Source of the DNA: Eledone cirrhosa | Taxonomy: Eukaryota | Reading direction: 5' to 3' | DNA length: 64,000 nucleotides | Assembly: GCA_964016885.1 (NCBI GenBank) | Contig: OZ024747.1 | Coordinates: forward strand, 77,500,001 to 77,564,000 | Part shown: positions 37,701 to 51,960 of the stretch, piece by piece | Position numbering within the stretch: the first letter of the stretch is position 1 | Layout: each line of letters begins with the position of its first letter | Translations under genes and position numbers: made by a program | The notes under the pieces: model-generated | What the model was told of the DNA's origin: nothing | Databases searched by the model: none | Seen by the model: only the letters and a program-made list of their open reading frames with translations

Positions 37701-40700
37701 CATGAGTGTGGGGGGAGGGTTGCTGAGACCATGGGGCAGTGTACACCTGAGTGTGGGGGGAGGGTTGCTAAGACCATGGGGCAGTGTACACCTGAGTGTG
37801 GGGGGAGGGTTGCTAAGACCATGGGGCAGTGTACACATGAGTGTGGGGGGAGGGTTGCTGAGACCATGGGGCAGTGTACACCTGAGTGTGGGGGGAGGGT
37901 TGCTAAGACCATGGGGCAGTGTACACCTGAGTGTGGGGGGAGGGTTGCTAAGACCATGGGGCAGTGTACACATGAGTGTGGGGGGAGGGTTGCTGAGACC
38001 ATGGGGCAGTGTACACCTGAGTGTGGGGGGAGGGTTGCTGAGACCATGGGGCAGTGTACACCTGAGTGTGGGGGGAGGGTTGCTGAGACCATGGGGCAGT
38101 GTACACCTGAGTGTGGGGGGAGGGTTGCTAAAACCATGGGGCAGTGTACACCTGAGTGTGGGGGGAGGGTTGCTGAGACCATGGGGCAGTGTACACCTGA
38201 GTGTGGGGGGAGGGTTGCTGAGACCATGGGGCAGTGTACACCTGAGTGTGGGGGGAGGGTTGCTGAGACCATGGGGCAGTGTACACCTGAGTGTGGGGGG
38301 AGGGTTGCTGAGACCATGGGGCAGTGTACACCTGAGTGTGGGGGGAGGGTTGCTAAGACCATGGGGCAGTGTACACCTGAGTGTGGGGGGAGGGTTGCTG
38401 AGACCATGGGGCAGTGTACACGTGAGTGTGGGGGGAGGGTTGCTAAGACCATGGGGCAGTGTACAGCTGAGTGTGGGGGGAGGGTTGCTAAGACCATGGG
38501 GCAGTGTACAGCTGAGTGTGGGGGGAGGGTTGCTGAGACCATGGGGCAGTGTACACCTGAGTGTGGGGGGAGGGTTGCTAAGACCATGGGGCAGTGTACA
38601 CCTGAGTGTGGGAGGAGGGTTGCTAAGACCATGGGGCAGTGTACACCTGAGTGTGGGGGGAGGGTTGCTAAGACCATGGGGCAGTGTACAGCTGAGTGTG
38701 GGGGGAGGGTTGCTGAGACCATGGGGCAGTGTACACCTGAGTGTGGGGGGAGGGTTGCTAAGACCATGGGGCAGTGTACACCTGAGTGTGGGGGGAGGGT
38801 TGCTAAGACCATGGGGCAGTGTACACCTGAGTGTGGGGGGAGGGTTGCTAAGACCATGGGGCAGTGTACACCTGAGTGTGGGAGGAGGGTTGCTAAGACC
38901 ATGGGGCAGTGTACACCTGAGTGTGGGGGGAGGGTTGCTAAGACCATGGGGCAGTGTACACCTGAGTGTGGGGGGAGGGTTGCTAAGACCATGGGGCAGT
39001 GTACACCTGAGTGTGGGGGGAGGGTTGCTAAGACCATGGGGCAGTGTACACCTGAGTGTGGGGGGAGGGTTGCTAAGACCATGGGGCAGTGTACACCTGA
39101 GTGTGGGGGAGGGTTGCTAAGACCATGGGGCAGTGTACACCTGAGTGTGGGGGGAGGGTTGCTAAGACCATGGGGCAGTGTACACCTGAGTGTGGGGGGA
39201 GGGTTGCTAAGACCATGGGGCAGTGTACACCTGAGTGTGGGGGGAGGGTTGCTAAGACCATGGGGCAGTGTACACCTGAGTGTGGGGGGAGGGTTGCTAA
39301 GACCATGGGGCAGTGTACACCTGAGTGTGGGGGGAGGGTTGCTAAGACCATGGGGCAGTGTACACCTGAGTGTGGGGGGAGGGTTGCTAAGACCATGGGG
39401 CAGTGTACACCTGAGTGTGGGGGGAGGGTTGCTGAGACCATGGGGCAGTGTACAGCTGAGTGTGGGGGGAGGGTTGCTGAGACCATGGGGCAGTGTACAC
39501 CTGAGTGTGGGGGGAGGGTTGCTAAGACCATGGGGCAGTGTACACCTGAGTGTGGGGGGAGGGTTGCTAAGACCATGGGGCAGTGTACACCTGAGTGTGG
39601 GGGGAGGGTTGCTAAGACCATGGGGCAGTGTACACCTGAGTGTGGGAGGAGGGTTGCTGAGACCATGGGGCAGTGTACACCTCAGTGTGGGGGGAGGGTT
39701 GCTAAGACCATGGGGCAGTGTACACCTGAGTGTGGGAGGAGGGTTGCTAAGACCATGGGGCAGTGTACACCTCAGTGTGGGGGGAGGGTTGCTAAGACCA
39801 TGGGGCAGTGTACACCTGAGTGTGGGAGGAGGGTTGCTAAGACCATGGGGCAGTGTACACCTCAGTGTGGGGGGAGGGTTGCTGAAACCATGGGGCAGTG
39901 TACACCTGAGTGTGGGGGGAGGGTTGCTGAAACCATGGGGCAGTGTACACCTGAGTGTGGGAGGAGGGTTGCTAAGACCATGGGGCAGTGTACACCAGAG
40001 TGTGGGGGGAGGGTTGCTAAGACCATGGGGCAGTGTACACCAGAGTGTGGGAGGAGGGTTGCTGAGACCATGGGGCAGTGTACACCTGAGTGTGGGAGGA
40101 GGGTTGCTGAGACCATGGGGCAGTGTACACCAGAGTGTGGGGGGAGGGTTGCTAAGACCATGGGGCAGTGTACACCAGAGTGTGGGAGGAGGGTTGCTGA
40201 GACCATGGGGCAGTGTACACCTGAGTGTGGGAGGAGGGTTGCTGAGACCATGGGGCAGTGTACACCTGAGTGTGGGAGGAGGGTTGCTAAGACCATGGGG
40301 CAGTGTACACCTCAGTGTGGGGGGAGGGTTGCTGAAACCATGGGGCAGTGTACACCTCAGTGTGGGGGGAGGGTTGCTAAGACCATGGGGCAGTGTACAC
40401 ATGAGTGTGGGGGGAGGGTTGCTAAGACCATGGGGCAGTGTACACCTGAGTGTGGGGGGAGGGTTGCTAAGACCATGGGGCAGTGTACACCTGAGTGTGG
40501 GGGGAGTGTTGCTAAGACCATGGGGCAGTGTCCACCTGAGTGGGTGGGTGGGGCGATCTGCTGAGACCATGGGGCAGTGTACACCTGAGTGTGGGGGGAG
40601 GGTTGCTAAGACCATGGGGCAGTGTACACATGAGTGTGGGGGGAGGGTTGCTAAGGCCATGGGGCAGTGTACACCTGAGTGTGGGGGGAGGGTTGCTAAG

Positions 40701-42585
40701 ACCATGGGGCAGTGTACACATGAGTGTGGGGGGAGGGTTGCTAAGGCCATGGGGCAGTGTACACCTGAGTGTGGGGGGAGGGTTGCTAAGACCATGGGGC
40801 AGTGTACACATGAGTGTGGGGGGAGGGTTGCTAAGGCCATGGGGCAGTGTACACCTGAGTGTGGGGGGAGGGTTGCTAAGACCATGGGGCAGTGTACACC
40901 TGAGTGTGGGGGGAGGGTTGCTAAGACCATGGGGCAGTGTACACCTGAGTGTGGGGGGAGGGTTGCTAAGACCATGGGGCAGTGTACACCTGAGTGTGGG
41001 GGGAGGGTTGCTAAGACCATGGGGCAGTGTACACCTGAGTGTGGGGGGAGGGTTACTAAGACCATGGGGCAGTGTACACCTGAGTGTGGGGGGAGGGTTG
41101 CTAAGACCATGGGGCAGTGTACACCTGAGTGTGGGGGGAGGGTTGCTAAGACCATGGGGCAGTGTACACCTGTGTGTGGGGGGAGGGTTGCTGAGACCAT
41201 GGGGCAGTGTACTCCTGAGTGTGGGGGGAGGGTTGCTGAGACCATGGGGCAGTGTACACCTGAGTGTGGGGAGAGGGTTGCTGAGACCATGGGGCAGTGT
41301 ACACCTGAGTGTGGGGGGAGGGTTGCTGAGACCATGGGGCAGTGTACACCTGAGTGTGGGGAGAGGGTTGCTGAGACCATGGGGCAGTGTACACCTGAGT
41401 GTGGGGGGAGGGTTGCTAAGACCATGGGGCAGTGTACACCTGAGTGTGGGGGGAGGGTTGCTAAGACCATGGGGCAGTGTACACCTGAGTGTGGGGGGAG
41501 GGTTGCTGAGACCATGGGGCAGTGTACACCTGAGTGTGGGGGGAGGGTTGCTGAGACCATGGGGCAGTGTACTCCTGAGTGTGGGGGGAGGGTTGCTGAG
41601 ACCATGGGGCAGTGTACACCTGAGTGTGGGGAGAGGGTTGCTGAGACCATGGGGCAGTGTACACCTGAGTGTGGGGGGAGGGTTGCTGAGACCATGGGGC
41701 AGTGTACACCTGAGTGTGGGGAGAGGGTTGCTGAGACCATGGGGCAGTGTACACCTGAGTGTGGGGGGAGGGTTGCTAAGACCATGGGGCAGTGTACACC
41801 TGAGTGTGGGGGGAGGGTTGCTAAGACCATGGGGCAGTGTACACCTGAGTGTGGGGGGAGGGTTGCTAAGACCATGGGGCAGTGTACACCTGAGTGTGGG
41901 GGGAGGGTTGCTAAGACCATGGGGCAGTGTACACCTGAGTGTGGGGGGAGGGTTGCTGAGACCATGGGGCAGTGTACACCTGAGTGTGGGGGGAGGGTTG
42001 CTGAGACCATGGGGCAGTGTACTCCTGAGTGTGGGGGGAGGGTTGCTGAGACCATGGGGCAGTGTACACCTGAGTGTGGGGAGAGGGTTGCTGAGACCAT
42101 GGGGCAGTGTACACCTGAGTGTGGGGGGAGGGTTGCTGAGACCATGGGGCAGTGTACACCTGAGTGTGGGGGGAGGGTTGCTAAGACCATGGGGCAGTGT
42201 ACACCTGAGTGTGGGGGGAGGGTTGCTGAGACCATGGGGCAGTGTACACCTGAGTGTGGGGGGAGGGTTGCTGAGACCATGGGGCAGTGTACACCTGAGT
42301 GTGGGGGGAGGGTTGCTGAGACCATGGGGCAGTGTACACCTGAGTGTGGGGGGAGGGTTGCTAAGACCATGGGGCAGTGTACACCTGAGTGTGGGGGGAG
42401 GGTTGCTGAGACCATGGGGCAGTGTACACCTGAGTGTGGGAGGAGGGTTGCTAAGACCATGGGGCAGTGTACACCTGAGTGTGGGGGGAGGGTTGCTGAG
42501 ACCATGGGGCAGTGTACACCTGAGTGTGGGGGAGGGTTGCTGAGACCATGGGGTAGTGTCCACCTGAGGGGGCGGGGATCTGCTG
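34735..42585. repeat. 45-bp G-rich satellite, ~174 copies
   Basis: Unit GTGTGGG(G/A)GGAGGGTTGCT(A/G)AGACCATGGGGCAGTGTACACCTGA. Confidence 0.98.
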
Positions 42586-42656
42586 ATCAACACTCATTTG
42601 GTTGATTTTTTTTTATTCCTATTTCGTTTTGTTTTCTGTTTTATTGTTGCTACAAT

Positions 42657-42851
42657 GGGTGGATGGACAGTATTGGTAGAGCGTCAGACGCCATGCTTTG
42701 CAGCATAGAGTTATGGCCCTTTGCGTTCTGAGTTCAAATCCCACCGAGCTTAACTTTGCCTTTCATCCTTACGGAGTCGATAAAATAAAGTACCAGTAAT
42801 ACACTGGACTAATTGCTGGCCTTGTGCCAAAAGTAGAAACAATTATTATTA
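42657..42851 (+). mobile_element. SINE family 1
   Basis: B box, Nin-like domain, ATT tail. Confidence 0.9.
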
Positions 42852-42922
42852 TCTATGTTGTCGTTGCTGTTGTTGTTGTTGCCGCTGTTGTTTTGTAGAT
42901 AGAAAAACCTTCCTGCTTATAT

Positions 42923-42954
<32 letters not shown>

Positions 42955-43502
42955 TCAATTTAAACGTCTGTATAGAGCTAGTAAGCCGTGACGAACTAGG
43001 GGAAGTATCTAGTACTTCTTACAGTTGAGAAACAAAAAAACAAGATATACAGAGAGAAGTGAATATAAAGATTAATAAAATTTTAAAATATTTAAATATG
43101 GAAGGTCAACGGAAAGCAAAATAAACGTAAAAGAAAGAAAAATAAAGAAAAATGGAAAGGAAGGGCAGTTGTAAAGAAGGTAAAAGGTTCTGTTGTGGAA
43201 TCTTGTTGCAACCTCCATGTACTCAAAGATTTTATAGTTGGGAGATCTTTTAAAATATATGGTATCTCCAATTTTAGTATTTTTTTTAATGATCGGCTTC
43301 AAAATGTCATCTCTCTCAGCATTTTCACCCTCATTACAGCTCCCATCTTCTTCTCCCTTATTCATTTTGGTGATGATATTTCTGGTAAACTATTTGTGGT
43401 ACCAAATGTATTCAACACCTAAATTCTAAAAGTACTCCAGACTATCTTTCATGAAATGAACATTTTAAGTCAATCACATCTCTTTAGTTTTCCCTTATAA
43501 GA

Positions 43503-46500
43503 GCCATCACCCGTGAGACCCCAATCATAACAGTCACCACCGTGAGACCCCAATCATAACAGCCACCACCCGTGAGACCCCAATCATAACAGTCACCACC
43601 GTGAGACCCCAATCATAACAGTCACCACCCGTGAGACCCCAATCATAACAGTCACCACCCGTGAGACCCCAATCATAACAGTCACCACCCGTCAGACCCC
43701 AATCATAACAGTCATGCCCCGTGAGACCCCAATCATAACAGTCACCACCCGTGAGACCCCAATCATAACAGTCACCACCCGTGAGACCCCAATCATAACA
43801 GTCATGCCCCGTGAGACCCCAATCATAACAGTCACCACCCGTGAGACCCCAATCATAACAGTCACCACCCGTGAGACCCCAATCATAACAGTCACCACCC
43901 GTCAGACCCCAATCATAATAGTCACCACCCGTGAGACCCCAATCATAACAGTCACCACCCGTGAGACCCCAATCATAACAGTCACCACCCCTGAGACCCC
44001 AATCATAACAGTCATGCCCCGTGAGACCCCAATCATAACAGTCACCACCCCTGAGACCCCAATCATAACAGTCACCACCCGTGAGACCCCAATCATAACA
44101 GTCACCACCCGTGAGACCCCAATCATAACAGTCACCACCCCTGAGACCCCAATCATAACAGTCACCACCCGTGAGACCCCAATCATAACAGTCATGCCCC
44201 GTGAGACCCCAATCATAACAGTCACCACCCGTGAGACCCCAATCATAACAGTCACCACCCGTGAGACCCCAATCATAACAGTCACCACCCGTGAGACCCC
44301 AATCATAACAGTCATGCCCCGTGAGACCCCAATCATAACAGTCACCACCCGTGAGACCCCAATCATAACAGTCACCACCCCTGAGACCCCAATCATAACA
44401 GTCACCACCCGTGAGACCCCAATCATAACAGTCACCACCCGTCAGACCCCAATCATAACAATCACCACCCGTCAGACCCCAATCATAACAGTCATGCCCC
44501 GTGAGACCCCAATCATAACAGTCATCCCCCGTCAGACCCCAATCATAATAGTCACCACCCGTGAGACCCCAATCATAACAGTCACCACCCCTGAGACCCC
44601 AATCATAACAGTCACCAACCGTGAGACCCCAATCATAACAGTCACCACCCGTCAGACCCCAATCATAATAGTCACCACCCGTGAGACCCCAATCATAACA
44701 GTCACCACCCCTGAGACCCCAATCATAACAGTCACCACCCATCAGACCCCAATTATAATAGTCACCACCCGTGAGACCCCAATCATAACAGTCATCCCCC
44801 GTGAGACCCCAATCATAACAGTCACCACCCGTCAGACCCCAATCATAACAGTCATCCCCCGTGAGACCCCAATCATAACAGTCATCCCCCGTGAGACCCC
44901 AATCATAACAGTCACCACCCGTCAGACCCCAATCATAACAGTCATCCCCCGTGAGACCCCAATCATAACAGTCACCACCCGTCAGACCCCAATCATAACA
45001 GTCATCCCCCGTGAGACCCCAATCATAACAGTCACCACCCGTGAGACCCCAATCATAACAGTCACCACCCGTGAGACCCCAATCATAACAGTCACCACCC
45101 GTGAGACCCCAATCATAACAGTCATCCCTCGTGAGACCCCAATCATAACAGTCACCACCCGTGAGACCCCAATCATAACAGTCACCACCCGTGAGACCCC
45201 AATCATAACAGTCATCCCCCGTGAGACCCCAATCATAACAGTCACCACCCGTGAGACCCCAATCATAACAGTCACCACCCGTGAGACCCCAATCATAACA
45301 GTCACCACCCGTGAGACCCCAATCATAACAGTCATTCCCCGTGAGACCCCAATCATAACAGTCATCCACCGTGAGACCCCAACCATAACAGTCAAAACCT
45401 GTGAGACCCCTATCATAACAGTCAAAACCCGTGAGACCCCAATCATAACAGTCATCCCCCGTGAGACCCCAATCATAACAGTCACCACCCGTGAGACCCC
45501 AATCATAACAGTCATGCCCCGTGAGACCCCAATCATAACAGTCACCACCCGTGAGACCCCAATCATAACAGTCACCACCCGTGAGACCCCAATCATAACA
45601 GTCACCACCCGTCAGACTCCAATCATAACAGTCACCACCCGTGAGACCCCAATCATAACAGTCACCACCCGTCAGACCCCAATCATAACAGTCACCACCC
45701 GTGAGACCCCAATCATAACAGTCACCACCCGTCAGACTCCAATCATAACAGTCACCACCCGTCAGACCCCAATCATAACAGTCACCACCCGTGAGACCCC
45801 AATCATAACAGTCACCACCCATCTGACCCCAATCATAACAGTCATCCCCCGTGAGACCCCAATCATAACAGTCACCACCCGTGAGACCCCAATCATAACA
45901 GTCACCACCCGTGAGACCCCAATCATAACAGTCACCACCCGTCAGACCCCAATCATAACAGTCACCACCCGTGAGACCCCAATCATAACAGTCACCACCC
46001 ATCTGACCCCAATCATAACAGTCATCCCCCGTGAGACCCCAATCATAACAGTCATCCCCCGTGAGACCCCAATCATAACAGTCACCCCCCGTGAGACCCC
46101 AATCATAACAGTCATCCCCTGTGAGACCCCAATCATAACAGTCACCACCCGACAGACCCCAATCATAACAGCCACCACCCGTCAGACCCCAATCATAACA
46201 GTCATCCCCCGTGAGACCCCAATCATAACAGTCATCCCCCGTGAGACCCCAATCATAACAGTCATCCCCCGTGAGACCCCAATCATAACAGTCATCCCCC
46301 GTGAGACCCCAATCATAACAGTCATCCCCCGTGAGACCCCAATCATAACAGTCATCCCCCGTGAGACCCCAATCATAACACTAACCACCCGTGAGACCCC
46401 AATCATAACAGTCATCCTCCGTGAGACCCCAATCATAACTGCCACCACCCTTGAGACCCCAATCATACAGTCACCCCCCGTGAAACCCCAATCATAACAG

Positions 46501-49500
46501 CCACCACCTGTGAGACCCCAATCATAACAGTCACCACCTGTCAGACCCCAATCATAACAGCCACCACCCGTCAGACCCCAATCATAACAGCCACCACCTG
46601 TGAGACCCCAATCATAACGGTCACCACCCGTGAGACCCCAATCATAACAGTCATCACCCGTGAGACCCCAATCATAACAGCCACCACCCGTCAGACCCCA
46701 ATCATAACAGCCACCACCCGTGAGACCCCAATCATAACAGCCACCACCCGTGAGACCCCAATCATAACAGTCATCCCCCGTGAGACCCCAATCATAACAG
46801 TCATCACCCGTGAGACCCCAATCATAACAGCCACCACCCGTCAGACCCCAATCATAACAGTCACCACCCGTGAGACCCCAATCATAACAGTCACCACCCG
46901 TCAGACCCCAATCATAACAGTCACCACCCGTCAGACTCCAATCATAACAGTCACCACCCGTCAGACCCCAATCATAACAGTCACCACCCGTCAGACCCCA
47001 ATCATAACAGTCATCCCCCGTGAGACCCCAATCATAACAGTCACCACCCGTGAGACCCCAATCATAACAGTCATTCCCCGTGAGACCCCAATCATAACAG
47101 TCATCCCTCGTGAGACCCCAATCATAACAGTCACCACCCGTGAGACCCCAATCATAACAGTCACCACCCGTGAGACCCCAATCATAACAGTCATCCCCCG
47201 TGAGACCCCAATCATAACAGTCACCACCCGTGAGACCCCAATCATAACAGTCACCACCCGTCAGACCCCAATCATAACAGTCACCACCCGTCAGACTCCA
47301 ATCATAACAGTCACCACCCGTCAGACCTCAATCATAACAGTCACCACCCGTGAGACCCCAATCATAACAGTCATCCCCCGTGAGACCCCAATCATAACAG
47401 TCACCACCCGTGAGACCCCAATCATAACAGTCATCCCCCGTGAGACCCCAATCATAACAGTCATCCCCCGTGAGACCCCAATCATAACAGTCACCACCCG
47501 TGAGACCCCAATCATAACAATCATCACCCTTGAGACCCCAATCATAACAGCCACCACCCGTCAGACCCCAATCATAACACTAACCACCCGTGAGACCCCA
47601 ATCATAACAGTCACCACCCGTCAGACTCCAATCATAACAGTCACCACCCGTCAGACCCCAATCATAACAGTCACCACCCGTCAGACTCCAATCATAACAG
47701 TCACCACCCGTCAGACCCCAATCATAACAGTCACCACCCGTGAGACCCCAATCATAACAGTCACCACCCGTCAGACTCCAATCATAACAATCACCACCCG
47801 TCAGACCCCAATCATAACAGTCACCACCCGTCAGACTCCAATCATAACAGTCACCACCCGTCAGACCCCAATCATAACAGTCACCACCCGTCAGACTCCA
47901 ATCATAACAGTCACCACCCGTCAGACCCCAATCATAACAGTCACCACCCGTCAGACTCCAATCATAACAGTCACCACCCGTCAGACCCCAATCATAACAG
48001 TCACCACCCGTCAGACCCCAATCATAACAGTCACCACCCGTCAGACCCCAATCATAACAGTCACCACCCGTCAGACGCCAATCATAACAGTCACCACCCG
48101 TGAGACCCCAATCATAACAGTCACCACCCGTCAGACGCCAATCATAACAGTCACCACCCGTGAGACCCCAATCATAACAGTCACCAACCGTCAGACTCCA
48201 ATCATAACAGTCATCCCCCGTGAGACCCCAATCATAACAGCCACCACCCGTGAGACCCCAATCATAGCAGTCATCCCCCGTGAGACCCCAATCATAACAG
48301 TCACCACCCGTCAGACCCCAATCATAACAGTCACACCCGTGAGACCCCAATCATAACAGTCACCACCCGTCAGACCCCAATCATAACAGTCACCACCCGT
48401 CAGACCCCAATCATAACAGTCACCACCCGTGAGACCCCAATCATAACAGTCACCACCCGTGAGACCCCAATCATAACAGCCACCACCTGTGAGACCCCAA
48501 TCATAACAGTCACCACCCGTCAGACCCCAATCATAACAGTCACCACCCGTCAGACCCCAATCATAACAGCCACCACCTGTGAGACCCCAATCATAACAGT
48601 CACCACCCGTCAGACCCCAATCATAACAGTCACCACCCGTCAGACCCCAATCATAACAGTCACCACCCGTGAGACCCCAATCATAACAGTCACCACCCGT
48701 CAGACCCCAATCATAACAGTCACCACCCGTCAGACCCCAATCATAACAGTCACCACCCGTCAGACCCCAATCATAACAGTCACCACCCGTGAGACCCCAA
48801 TCATAACAGCCACCACCCGTGAGACCCCAATCATAACAGTCACCACCCGTCAGACCCCAATCATAACAGTCACCACCCGTGAGACCCCAATCATAACAGT
48901 CACCACCCGTGAGACCCCAATCATAACAGTCACCACCCGTGAGACCCCAATCATAACAGCCACCACCCGTGAGACCCCAATCATAACAGTCACCACCCGT
49001 GAGACCCCAATCATAACAGTCACCACCCGTGAGACCCCAATCATAACAGTCACCACCCGTGAGACCCCAATCATAACAGTCACCACCCGTGAGACCCCAA
49101 TCATAACAGCCACCACCCGTGAGACCCCAATCATAACAGTCACCACCCGTGAGACCCCAATCATAACAGTCACCACCCGTGAGACCCCAATCATAACAGT
49201 CACCACCCGTGAGACCCCAATCATAACAGTCACCACCCGTCAGACCCCAATCATAATAGTCACCACCCGCGAGACCCCAATCATAACAGTCACCACCCGT
49301 GAGACCCCAATCATAACAGTCACCACCCGTCAGACCCCAATCATAATAGTCACCACCCGTGAGACCCCAATCATAACAGTCACCACCCGTGAGACCCCAA
49401 TCATAACAGCCACCACCCGTGAGACCCCAATCATAACAGCCACCACCCGTGAGACCCCAATCATAACAGTCACCACCCGTGAGACCCCAATCATAACAGT

Positions 49501-50450
49501 CACCACCCGTGAGACCCCAATCATAACAGCCACCACCCGTGAGACCCCAATCATAACAGTCACCACCCGTCAGACCCCAATCATAACAGTCACCACCTGT
49601 GAGACCCCAATCATAACAGTCACCACCCGTCAGACCCCAATCATAAAAGTCACCACCCGTCAGACCCCAATCATAACAGTCACCACCCGTGAGACCCCAA
49701 TCATAACAGTCACCACCCGTCAGACCCCAATCATAATAGTCACCACCCGTGAGACCCCAATCATAACAGTCACCACCCGTGAGACCCCAATCATAACAGT
49801 CACCACCCGTGAGACCCCAATCATAACAGTCACCACCCGTCAGACCCCAATCATAATAGTCACCACCCTTGAGACCCCAATCATAACAGTCACCACCCGT
49901 GAGACCCCAATCATAACAGTCACCACCCGTGAGACCCCAATCATAACAGTCACCACCCGTGAGACCCCAATCATAACAGTCACCACCCGTGAGACCCCAA
50001 TCATAATAGTCACCACCCGTGAGACCCCAATCATAACAGTCACCACCCGTCAGACCCCAATCATAATAGTCACCACCCGTGAGACCCCAATCATAACAGT
50101 CACCACCCGTGAGACCCCAATCATAACAGTCACCACCCGTCAGACCCCAATCATAATAGTCACCACCCGTGAGACCCCAATCATAACAGTCACCACCCGT
50201 CAGACCCCAATCATAATAGTCACCACCCGTGAGACCCCAATCATAACAGTCACCACCCGTGAGACCCCAATCATAACAGTCACCACCCGTCAGACCCCAA
50301 TCATAATAGTCACCACCCGTGAGACCCCAATCATAACAGTCACCACCCGTGAGACCCCAATCATAATAGTCACCACCCGTGAGACCCCAATCATAACAGT
50401 CACCACCCGTGAGACCCCAATCATAACAGTCACCACCCGCGAGCCCCAAA
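43503..50450. repeat. 30-bp C-rich satellite, ~231 copies
   Basis: Unit GTCACCACCCGT(G/C)AGACCCCAATCATAACA. Confidence 0.98.
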
Positions 50451-50789
50451 ACGGAGACACTTCATGCAATGTTAGCACTTCTACTTGTATATACGTTTCT
50501 CCATATAACGTGTTGTAAGTAAGAAATCCTTCATGATACACTAAACAGTAAAGTACATTTGTCTTTCTGTTGTGTGTACCTCGTCCTGTCTTCTTTTATT
50601 AAGAAACTAAGTAAAAATCTATATTTTACTTAGCCAAAATATCTAACACCAGATAATGAAACCGTATCTTGTTACCAATGTACTATATGTTCATGATAAA
50701 GGACCTGAGACAGCCAGATCAGGAACACTATCAAACTTCGAAAGAGATATTTCTGCAGCAAAACATCTGCTGATTTGTGTGAGTTCAAA

Positions 50790-51200
50790 AAATGGAAAAA
50801 CCTCGGTTCCAAAGACGGACACTGCTGACTAGTAGAACCCTAACATACAAAGGTGTAAATGGGGAGATTAAACACCACAGCTGCATCACATTGGCTCAGG
50901 ACAGAAACTTATGGAGAAAAAAGGAATCCAATTGATTCAACCATTCATGATAGACAGTCATTATCGATATCGATAGGGCGGTGGATTGGCAGTATCGGTA
51001 GAGGATCGGACGCCATGCTTTCCAGCATAGTTACGTCCCTTTACGATCTGAGTTCAAATCCCGCCGAGGTTGACTTTGCCTTTCATCCTTACGGGGTCGA
51101 TAAAATAAAGTACCAGTAATGCACTGGGTAATTGCTGGCCTTGTGCCTAAAGTAGAAACAATTATCGATATCGGCAAACAGCCTATGATGATGATGGTGA
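50790..51200 (+). mobile_element. Old RTE-like LINE 3' remnant interrupted by a SINE
   Basis: Translates ..ITLAQDRNLWR (RTE C-terminal AxDRxxWR motif); (TGA)n tail at ~51185. Confidence 0.45.
50976..51164 (+). mobile_element. SINE family 1 with 13-bp TSD
   Basis: ATTATCGATATCG at 50960-50972 and 51161-51173. Confidence 0.93.
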
Positions 51201-51599
51201 TACTTTGCTCTACTGTGTTCAGTGTTCAGCACTAAATAATTGAGGAATGTTTCCTTGGCTTGCTATGCTAGGTTAAAATCATTCTGTGATTTATAGTTCG
51301 GAAGAATTAGGTTCTACTAAACTGATTTGTTGACTAAGGATTCAAGTGGTACGGCTATAAACTAATTTATTATAAACAGTATTGAAGGCATGGTAGTTCA
51401 TATGATAAGGTTGTGTTACCAAGTATCAAGAGATAAACACATATTTTAATATATTGCGGATAAGCAATTTTCAAGTTTTAACAAGATCTAATAGAGGATT
51501 AGGCCAGGGTTTTCAAATAAATGTATGAACCTGTTGATTATAAGGTACAATTGTCGCAGATAATCAATTGAGTTTCAGCTCTCTATTATGATTAGCCAA

Positions 51600-51795
51600 G
51601 GACGGTGGATTGGCAGAATCGGTAGAGGGTCGAACGCCATGCTTTGCAGTAAAGAGTTACGGCTCTTTATGGTCTGAGTTCAAATCTCGCCGAGGTTAAC
51701 TTTGCGTTTCATCCTTACGGGAGGGTCGATAAAATAAAGTACCAGTAATACACTGCAATAATTGCTGGCCTTGTGCCAAAAGTAGAAACAATTAT
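51600..51795 (+). mobile_element. SINE family 1 with 16-bp TSD
   Basis: ATTATGATTA(G/A)CCAAG at 51585-51600 and 51791-51806. Confidence 0.92.
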
Positions 51796-51960
51796 GATTA
51801 ACCAAGAAGAACATATTTCGGGGTGACACAATTGTGCAGGTAAAAGGGATTAAAAATGGAACATTGGCTTTTGAAGTTACCGTCGCATATTCCGACCTTT
51901 TGAGGTTACCGTGGTGGTGGTGATGGTTGTCATGGCAATGATAGACAAAGTAGTAAAAGA

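Noticed and set aside
34650-42605. ORFs up to 2614 aa on both strands
   Set aside because: Translations of the 45-bp satellite: open in several frames on both strands, broken by 1-nt indels, with no unique coding flanks.
42975-43020. TGACGA-ACTAG..CTAGT hammerhead-like start
   Set aside because: No GAAA after the stem and no stem I or III.
43072-43500. Possible coding remnant between the satellites (97-aa ORF, minus strand)
   Set aside because: No recognisable motif or convincing splice sites; cannot be supported without a search.
43534-50449. GGDCYDWGLT / VTTRETPIIT repeat ORFs as a structural or mucin-like protein
   Set aside because: 30-bp satellite with frameshifting deletions (~43540, ~43600, ~46466, ~48335) and no start, signal peptide or splice evidence.
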